A stretch of 64,000 nt of DNA, taken from Macrostomum lignano. Lineage: Eukaryota. Positions within the stretch are counted from its first letter, which is position 1, and each line of letters opens with the position of its first letter. Below the pieces are notes generated by a model. That model had not been told where the DNA came from. It saw only the letters and a list, made by a program, of their open reading frames with translations, and did no database searches. Position numbers and translations under genes: made by a program. Positions 11,987 to 21,886 of the stretch are shown piece by piece. The stretch spans positions 248,001 to 312,000 of the forward strand of contig NIVC01000106.1 of the NCBI GenBank assembly GCA_002269645.1, read 5' to 3'.

Positions 11987-13026
11987 ATCTACAGCCGGCT
12001 GAGCGACTGGCTGTGTCAGCTTAAGTGCTCAAACTATTTCTTTATAAATGTAAAAATAACTGCTGCTTCAGACGAGACTGCTTCTCATGTGTATTTATAT
12101 TATTCTTGCCAACTATCCTAATTTAGACTGCCGTGGTTTGCCCGTTCGGCTATTCTGAACCCATGCAGCTTTTTATGTCTGGCCATACACGCATGAAAAA
12201 TTTAATTTTCAAACCGCTCCATTGCTTTTCTCTGCCTCTCTCTCTCTCTCTCCGTCTGCTGACTATTCTCTTCGAGCTGTCTGTCTCTGTCTCAATGTAC
12301 CTGACCCTGCTCAACCCACTATATATAACTGTTGTATGGGCTTTTTAAAAAAATGACGCAAAAGCAGACTGCGCGCATGACCCCAGATGCGCGAATGGAG
12401 AGAGAGAGAGAGAGATATCTCAAGCGTAAATAAGCCACCAACCCTAGCAATTGTGAGACTACTCGAGAGTGAGCTTAGGTGTGCTGATCTCGCCCTCCCT
12501 CAGCTTAAATTGAATTTGCTTTTATTTGGATAGCAAGAAAATTCACCAGACCCCGAATGTGTGCGCACGCGGGAGCGCCCACTCACGGTTTTATGAATTA
12601 TTGCAGCATCACAATTTCTAATGTCTATACCAATACTATAGACAATAGTGTTTTAAAAAGTCATTCAATAAAATTTAAACCATTAAATCGCTACGTACAA
12701 TTAATCGCAACATGTCCTGTGCCTAAAAAAAGCATAAAAATGACACGGCTCGGCTCAATGGTTTTATGAATCTATTTTGTCATTCTTTGCTGACTCTGTA
12801 AAAATATGTGCAGATAAAATGAAAACTTCCTATCTCTGTAGTGTATTTTTTCGGTAACGCCTGCATCTGCATGCCTCCTAAAATATGTCTATGGCAAAAG
12901 CTTCCCGCCAAAAAGAATGAGAGGTCGAGCCTGAAAACCAAAAGTGTTAATTTCCAATAACTTGCTAGAGATCGTTGCAATTTCACAAAAATTGCATATT
13001 TTACTTAAATTTCCTACACACCGACT

Positions 13027-16000
13027 ATGGAGCTCAGGGTTTCCAGTTCGGAGTTCGGAGCAGAATCCAAGCACGAGTTGCCGCCAATAATCCTACGCCG
13101 ATACACCCCCAGCCAGGACATCCAGCCCGAAGAGACTGCGCCCTTCGGCATCACCGAATTCGAAACAACCGCCAAAGTGAGCGGAGTCAACACGAGGAAC
13201 TTCAGAACCTTCCACGTGTACAGAGACAAGCCGCCATGGATTGAACGGCTCACGGAAACAAGTTGCCCATTCTTGAAAGTTAATAGCAGCCTCGACGATG
13301 TGATTCCGTTAAAGAATGAGCTAGATCGCAATCCGGATCTAATTGGAATACCTTTGCGGGTAAGTACTTTCCATCGATATTCGTCCTTTTTTACCCACCC
13401 AGATCAGCGGCCCACACAGAGGGGGCAGGGGGCCGACACCAAATGCGAATAATGCTCCTCGAAAACTATGCGAAATTGGTAACCAAGCACGACGAATGAG
13501 AGCCTACCAAGAGATAGGGGCGCCCACCAAGAGACAGGGGCGCCCACCAAGAGACAGGGGTGCCCACCAAGAGACAGGGGCGCCCACCAAGAGACAGGGG
13601 CGCCCACCAAGAGACAGGGGTGCCCACCAAGAGACAGGGGCGCCCACCAAGAGACAGGGGCGCCCACCAAGAGACAGGGGCGCCCACCAAGAGACAGGGG
13701 CGCCCACCAAGAGACAGGGGTGCCCACCAAGAGACAGGGGCGCCCACCAAGAGACAGGGGCGCCCACCAAGAGACAGGGGCGTCAGCAAAGAGACAGGGG
13801 TGCCAACTATGAGACAGGGGCGCCAACTATGAGACAGGGGCGCCAACTAAGAGACAGGGGCGCCAACTAAGAGACAGGGGTGCCAACTATGAGACAGGGG
13901 CGCCAACTAAGAAACAGGGGCGCCAACTAAGAGACAGGGGCGCTAACTATGAGACAGGGGTGCCAACTAAGAGACAGGGGCGCCAACTAAGAGACAGGGG
14001 CGCCAACTAAGAGACAGGGGTGCCAACTAAGAGACAGGGGCGCCAACTATGAGACAGGGGCGCCAACTATGAGACAGGGGTGCCAACTATGAGACAGGGG
14101 CGCCAACTATGAGACAGGGGTGCCAACTATGAGACAGGGGCGCCAACTAAGAGACAGGGGTGCCAACTATGAGACAGGGGCGCCATCTATGAGACAGGGG
14201 TGCCAACTATGAGACAGGGGTGCCAACTATGAGACAGGGGCGCCAACTAAGAGACAGGGGCGCCCAACAAGAGACAGGGGCGCCCACCAAGAGACAGGGG
14301 CGCCCACCAAGAGACAGGGGCGTCAGCAAAGAGACAGGGGTGCCAACTATGAGACAGGGGCGCCAACTATGAGACAGGGGCGCCAACTATGAGACAGGGG
14401 TGCCAACTATGAGACAGGGGCGCCAACTAAGAGACAGGGGCGCCCAACAAGAGACAGGGGCGCCCAACAAGAGACAGGGGCGCCAACTATGAGACAGGGG
14501 CGCCAACTAAGAGACAGGGGCGCCAACTAAGAGACAGGGGTGCCAACTAAGAGACAGGGGCGCCAACTAAGAGACAGGGGCGCCAACTAAGAGACAATGG
14601 CGTCTACTAAGAAATCAAAAAGCAGCGCCCCATGGGGTGTCGGTCCGCTCTAGTTAAAGATCCTGCGTACGCCACTGACCAAAATACTCGGAATCAACAT
14701 TTTCTAAAATTTGATTCCGATATACAATGCATATTGCGACTTGCGGGAGACAAATATTTAGAATTTTGGATGAGAGGATTTTCATCGGAATAATTACAAT
14801 CAAAAATCAGACAGACAACTAATAAGAGATGCTGGCAGATGCACCTGATTAAGGGGTTATAGCGACGCAAAGATTGAAAGGTATCGCTGGGTCTGTCTGA
14901 AGGGCCGGACGCCATTAGAAAAGGAAAATGAAAGAGGTACTGGGCGCATATTTTGCTGCAGTGCGAGTTTCTAAATAGAGGCAGGGGCTGTGTGCATCCT
15001 GGTGCACTATAAGTCGCACAAGAGGCGAGAAGTGAGAGGCATTGCTGCCCATTCCGCAGACTCCCCTGAGCAGGCACACAAGCGCGCGGATACGTACGCA
15101 GTCAAACGCACAGGCACACACTCACACAGGAGTGTACAGCAGCCCTAACTTTATTTATAGTTAGGCATGAACACTTCACTGTGCCTTGGGGGTTGGCCCT
15201 TGAAGGCGTTAATTGCACGAGCAGAGCTAAGCCGAGATTCCAATTTAGCCTCAAATTAATGTGACTGCACTTGAAATCGAGCCTGGGCCGCTGGCACATC
15301 AAAGCGCCGCGCTAAAACCATTGGCTACGGCCCACCGCTACGATAGAGGCATATTTTGTCAATTGAAGTTCAAATCCTATGATGATGAGTAGTTATACAT
15401 GAATAACATGAATATGCCTTATTGAATTGTTTTTCTTAAACTCAACAAGGAAGTTGACCCGCACTACATGGGTCGCAACACTTTCGTAACGGTGTCAGAC
15501 GAGCGGGAGCTCTATCGATTCACCTCGCATCGCAGTCTGGGCGTTTTCTCTCCTGACAGTGAGCTGAGACAGGCCGCCATCAGCATAGTGACCAGCCTCC
15601 ACTTCCAAGCTTTCATAGTCAGCGTTATCATTCTCGACTTTCTAGCTTTGGTCTTCGCATACAGCGACGATCCGATCATCGATATTGGAACAGATTTATT
15701 TTTTGCCGTGTACTGCTCCGAACTGATCATCAAGATAATCGCCTACGGATTTATGTTCGATGAGCACTCGTTTCTGCGGAGCGGGCACAGTGTAATAGAA
15801 GTAATCGTGATCAGCTCCAATGTGCTGCCGATGTTTATACCGATTACTTCAATGTTCAGGTAGGTTTTTCAACGGTTTTGGTTACAGTTGTAGCTCATAT
15901 TTGTAGCCTAGTGGGTAAAGTGGCGGACTCACGACTGAAAGGTCGGGGGTTCGATTCTTTCAACTCACTCGGAACAATTTGTGTCCTTGAGCAAGACGCT

Positions 16001-19000
16001 TAATTCTGCATTGCTTCAGTTCACCCAGCTGTAAAATGGGTGCCAGCATTAGCTGGGGTAATTGAGGGTGTGGGTGGCGACCCCCCAGTCCTTGGACTGA
16101 ACAGCCGTACGCAGCCTTCAGATGCGCCGCGCAATAGCTGCGGCTGAGCTGTCGGTTGCACATCTGGCCGTTAGGGTAGGTAAAATCAATAATTATTATT
16201 TATTTAATTCGTTCATATTACACTATATCTTCAGGAATTTATATCTACAAGCCTTTATATGGCGCTGTGAAGAAGCATCGAAAAAAACATTAAAACGCAT
16301 ACGCGAGATCTATATTTCAAGGATATGCGAGTTAATCGGCTTTATGTGCAGATTTTTTCAGCATTGGGGTCTTTGAAAGGAACCTGTGCAATTAGTTTCT
16401 AATTTGTGGCATTCTAATTTATTTTCTAGGGCTCAATTTTGGAACGGGTGTCTTTTGGATGATTAAAAGGAGATTTAGAGACCTAAAAGAAGATACATGT
16501 ACTAATATACACCGGATATTAAACCGCTGGAAAAAACTTATTTTTTCAAACCAAAACGCGCAGGCAACTTCGAGTCATCCGGGTGATCCGCCTGTTCCGT
16601 CTCATTGGCACGCTTCAGTTCACGCGCAAAATCATGAGAGCTGTGGTGAGCTCCATCAAGGATCTGGTGCCAGTTTTCGGGCTTTTTATGGCTCTGGTTG
16701 GATTCTTTAGCCTGTGCTCGTTGGTGTTCTACCGGCGTTCTCTGTTGGGCAAATGCGTCAACATTAACTACACTGCGATCTTTGACGGTGCAGGCGACGC
16801 TGCCAGCTACGACAGCGTAGCTGCGGCCTCCAGGGTCATGCACAATCGTTTTCTCAACTGGACAGACAACACGGACAATTGGCAGCCAGGACCGTTCGGA
16901 GCCCAGCGCTGCCCAGTGATCACATCTAGTCCGAACTGGTGGACCAGCATCATTGACGATCGCCAGATGCGCAAGTGCCCGGAGCCTTACCGGTGCATGC
17001 AGACTACCACGGGCAACCCGGACATGGGCTTCAGCAATTACGACACGCTGATGCTATCAATGTTGAGCACTTTCCGCTTACTGTGCCAGGACTGGTGGGA
17101 CAATTTGTTCGTTCAGTTGTCTTTAGTTAACGGTGGGCACGCAACAACGCTGTACTTCTTGGCCCTGATATTTCTAGGCTCGCACTATGTGATCAACTTA
17201 GTATTGTCTACTATTACGCTCTCATATCAGAGAAACGAACGATCGGAAGACACTGACGAGGATGAGCTGGCTAGGATGGCCGTGCTAATGCACGTTAATA
17301 GAGACAATTACCTTCGCAGACAAGTGGAAATCTATAATGTGCTGCTAGACCAACAGCGCAGTGGACTGACTGAACCAAAGTTTCTTCGAGAACTGAACGA
17401 ATCTCCCGTGGGCAGGTCGCCTTTGGTGGAAGCCTACATAGACGAGTATATAAAATCCTATTCCATGCAGCCGGGGCCCAACAGTCAGATAGGACGCAAG
17501 ACCAATGTGTACCTTAACGCTCTGAACATGGCGACCTCGCCAGGCAAAATAGGCGCTCGTCTGCGCGGCATGGTGGTTCGAAACGGCAGCACGGATGATT
17601 TGCCAATCGATCGGTTAATCAACTTCGTCATTCTGATGAATGTTGTCGAGATGCTAGTGGTAACTCCGGTTAATATACAATCGCAACAAATTATCGAAGG
17701 CACGAACAAGCTTTATACAATAATATTCACCCTGGAAGCTATAATTAAGATTCGCTATCAGCGTACTTATTATTTGAAGAATGACATAAACCGATTTGAC
17801 CTAATAATTGTATTCTTCTGTTTAATTGAGATGATGCTACCAACTAGCGGTAGCCGAATGGCAATGGTGCTTCGGATGACGCGTTTTCTCCGCTTATTCA
17901 AACTGGCTCGCGTGTCCAAGGAGCTTGAGAGGCTGCTAACCATAATGTTCCAGTCGTTCAGGTCCGAGATACCCCTGATTGTTGTCAGCTTTGTAGTCAT
18001 CCTGATAAGCGCTGGCATCGGCATGGTTATGTTTCAGGATGTTTACAAAAAGAATCCGCAATATTTAAGACCGACACAGAATTTCGCCGATTTATACAAC
18101 AGCATTCTGCTAGTTTTTCGTATTATGTGCGGCGAATGGACAGAAAACCTGTGGGTCTGCATGAAAATTATGGAATCAGCTCCAGACAAAGGATTCTGCG
18201 TCGCTTATTTTCTCACTAATCAGATAATAGTCAGTCTCATCATATTTCAGCTCTACATTGGTATTCTGCTGAGCAAGTTCTCAGAATTTCGATCATTGTC
18301 CCGCGAGCAGCAGGAGAGGGCGAGGGCGGAAGCGGAGGATGCGGGCCAAGAAAAGCCACTAAAGCCCCTACTTATGGAAAGGATTAAGGGCTTTTTAGCA
18401 AAAACTTTCGGCATTAATTTTGGCGTTGTAAGGGAGTCAGCGACGATGGGTGCTACAGATACGGCGTTCTCGCGTTTCCGAAACGCGCTGGCCGCAATAG
18501 CGAGCTATAGTTCCAGCTGGTACTCCAGGTATATAATAGCCATGACTATATTGAGTTCAGCAGCCCTAATACTCGACGATTACTATTTAAAAAGCGATCC
18601 GGGGCTTCAGAAAATATGCCAACACCTAGAAATAATTTTTTTGGTCGTGTTTGGCACAGAGGTGATCGTCAAGACTATCGCCTACGGGCCGCGCACTTAT
18701 TGCAGTAGTCCGTGGCGCATAATCGATGCTATCATTGTTCTTGTCTCGCTGGTTGACGTCGTTATTAACAACATCTACACCAAGGAAGTGAACCTAGCCA
18801 TGCTTCGGGTGATTAGAACTCTACGATGCCTGCGAATACTGCGCACAGCGAACGTGTGGGAGGGCTTCAAGCTCACAATCAGCGCACTATTCCGTTCGGT
18901 TGGCAGACTATTTTTTGCATTTCTCATTGTGATCATCGTCTGGCTGATGTTTGCTCTGGTGTCAACCAGCCTTTTCTCGAACAAGTTTTACAGATGCGTA

Positions 19001-20620
19001 CACGACGGTGTAGTGTTAAATAAGACAATAATACCAAACAAGGCGGCCTGTCTTAAAGCCAATTACAGTTGGGTCAATAAGCGAATCAACTTTGACACAA
19101 CGCCGCACGCGATGCTCGCTTTACTTGAGGTGTCCGTATTTAAAGGCTGGATTGACATCCTGCAGGACATCTCAAACTCGCCTAGTGCAATCGATGATCA
19201 GCCAGAAATCAACAATAACACAACGCTCAGCGTATTGATCTACATATTATTTATTATCATCGGCTCGTTCTTCATGATCGGCATGCTCATTGGTGTGATT
19301 GTTGACAGCTTCGAACAGGAGAGGATTAAAGTAGCCAAAATAGTGCTAACTGACGGTCAGAGACGACTGCAGAACACTCTGAAGCAGTACCTCATGTTTC
19401 CACTCAGTTCAGCCAAGCCGGTGACAGAGGGTTGGCTGTCAGAACGCTTACACGGAATCATCAATACAATCTATGTGGAAGTATTCTATCTGGTGCTAAT
19501 CTTAGTCAGCACTGTCATCATGGCTCTGCAATATCATCCCGGCAAAAGCAGATTGGTGCAAGTGTACTTAACTGTATTTGATGATATCATTCTATTCTGT
19601 TTTGTACTGGAGATTATAATGAAGATTCTTGGCGAAGGGTCTTACTATCTTGTGCCTCTAGTCAGCTGGAATCTGATCGACTTCCTCATCGTAGTACCGT
19701 CAGTGGTTGCGGAAGTCTGCGAAGAAGCCATCGAACTTCAATACCTTCGCGTGGTTCGTTTCGCCCGTGTCTTCCGCATGGGCCGCCTGTTGGCTCGATC
19801 AACGAACATAAAAACTGTGCGCGACATTCTGCTCGCCATGGTGGCCACCCTTCCTAGCATGTTGAACATGATCGCGCTGCTAATCATGGCAATTTGCATC
19901 TTTGCCATCGTTGGCGTCAATCTATTCAACGACCAGGAAGGCAACATAGCGCACCCGTTCAACGAGTTGTTCAACTTTCGCAGCTTCACAGCTACCTGGA
20001 GAATTCTGTTCATAGTAAGCACGGCGGCTGGATTCAATGACTACCTGGAAGGTACAATGCGATTTCCATATCCGTATTCTGTACTAGCCGTTGTTTTCTG
20101 GGTGTCCTACCTGTGCGTAGCCTTCTTTGTACTAACCAATCTGATAGTATCGGCTGTCGTATCCAGCTATAACGAGGTGTTTAACAATGAGGACTTCAAG
20201 ACGCAGTTACAAACGGCGGAAAAATTCACCAACCTGTGGAACGATTTCGATCAGAATGGTACAGGCAAAATGCATTCGAAGCACATAAACGAGCTGTTGG
20301 ATTTACTAACCGAACCGTTGCGAATGGCCCAGCCGAATTCGGGTGTGATTAGCTACATGGAAATACCACTCACCGACGACTATCACGTGTGCTACGGCGA
20401 CGTCATCACAGCTTTAGTGAAGGAGATTATGGAAGAAATGGGCCTGCTGGACAGCGAAACGGACGACATCAACCAGGAGATTAAACACACGGCATCCAAA
20501 CCGCCATTGAATACGCAGGTGATGTACAAGTTGCGCATGGCAACTGACGTGATTAAGACTGCCTGGAGACAGAAGAAGTTGCGACAAAGTTTGGCCAAAT
20601 TCAGTGAACTTCAGGACTAG
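13027..20620 (+). CDS. Divergent Nav1-type voltage-gated sodium channel alpha subunit, 1599 aa; exons 13027-13359, 15450-15859, 16564-20620
   Basis: Nav N-terminal domain (GIPLREVDPHY..TFVTV..YRF); four Arg-rich S4 helices; pore loops CQDWWD, CGEWTE, FKGWID, AAGFND giving DEKA; Nav EF-hand-like CTD and IQ-like segment. Intron phases 0 and 2 match; total 4800 nt. Confidence 0.93.
13405..14677. mobile_element. Possible MITE-like shell around the 20-bp array
   Basis: Imperfect terminal inverted repeats CAGCGGCCCACACAG vs CAGTGGCGTACGCAG (11/15) plus a subterminal CCGACACC at both ends; no clear target-site duplication. Confidence 0.4.
13500..14600. repeat. 20-bp minisatellite (GAGACAGGGGCGCCCACCAA / ..CCAACTA[A/T]) in Nav intron 1
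   Basis: About 55 tandem units with two variant blocks. Confidence 0.97.
15903..16207 (+). mobile_element. tRNA-headed CORE-type SINE in Nav intron 2
   Basis: A-box-like TAGCCTAGTGGGTAA and B-box GGTTCGATTC; 15981-16040 resembles the MIR/CORE consensus (GTGTCCTTGAGCAAGACGCTTAA...CTGTAAAATGGG); AT-rich tail. Confidence 0.75.
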
Positions 20621-21427
20621 TAGGACATGCATATATCTGCAAGTTTAGATAGACAAACAAGTAATACTCGTACTGCCTGCGATTCACCGAGTATCTCCCT
20701 CAATCAAATAGTCGAATCACAAACCCATAAAACTTCAATTCCCATCAGTCACTATAAAAAAGCAAATCACCCTTTATCAGTAGCTTAACCCTTCCTTATA
20801 AAAGCACAAACTTTTTCAGCACAAGTACATTGCACTCGGAAGATTTAATTACACTGATTAAAAAAACAGACAGCAAAAGCAGTTTACAGTAGTCAGCAGT
20901 TTTTTATTCGAATAGAAACTGTTAGAACACTATAATCAAAAGTTTGCATACTAAACAAACGACTTGTTTTGTGCTTTTTTCACCGTTTTATTTGTACTTA
21001 TAATGCTTCATTCGGTGCTTAGAGAATTTGAGCTTGTCACTACCGATAGCAAGATAAAAATATTAGAAAAATAGCTTCAATAATTAACCGCGAATCAGGC
21101 ACTCGTACAACAAAGAAAAACTATTTCCAAATACGATGAAATTAACTAAGATGAATCATTCGATAAAGATAAATGACAGACACAATAACAATCTCATAGA
21201 AGACACAAATTGTGCACGTACAGAGTCCATTTTTTCAAAGCTTAGACATACAAAACTGTTGACAAAAGCACACTGATACACAGAAATAAGAAATACACAG
21301 AAATGAAAGAAGTTTGCTACTTGAAATGAATATGATGCACTCTACTTGGTCTTTTGGTTGACTCTAAATTGACAACTTAAAACTTTGTACTTTGTACTTG
21401 CTTTAGTCAAGCAAAAGATCGCACAAG

Positions 21428-21886
21428 TCACAATCGACAATGCCGAGCTAGGTGAACCAGATAAACCACACTAGCTGCAATTCCACCCATATTCAACGCC
21501 ATGCTAAGCCCGTGCAGACGACGGAAAGCTGTTTTATCCTTGCGCTTCAGAGCCTGACTGACCAGCGGGCCAAGGTACAGCTGGTGCAGCCAGGCGCTAG
21601 CGGTGCTGGCGCACAATACAGCCATGATTCCCAGATTGTTCTGAGCTAGGCGAGTCAAACTGAAGTGCTGCTGTGCGCTGCCTCGCAGCTGAATGTAGCT
21701 GCCCAGTAAGGCGGTGGACAGAATACTCTGAGACAAGAAGTAGCGAGGAAAAATGATAGATTGAACCTCTTGGAAAGTCTCAGATGACAGGGCCCTGAAC
21801 AGACTGGGTCCATGGACAAAGGTAACCCATAGCTGGGTGCCAAATTGGGCACCCCAGACTGACAGGTTTACTAGAGTGGATATCAT
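21428..21886 (-). CDS. TMEM205: Transmembrane protein 205 (DUF4149), single coding exon, 152 aa
   Basis: GTQLWVTFVHGPSLFRALSSETFQEVQSIIFPRYF matches the family motif (human [35 protein letters not shown]); C-terminal FRRLHGLSMALN. Confidence 0.92.
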   Translation of the reverse strand: MISTLVNLSVWGAQFGTQLWVTFVHGPSLFRALSSETFQEVQSIIFPRYFLSQSILSTALLGSYIQLRGSAQQHFSLTRLAQNNLGIMAVLCASTASAWLHQLYLGPLVSQALKRKDKTAFRRLHGLSMALNMGGIAASVVYLVHLARHCRL

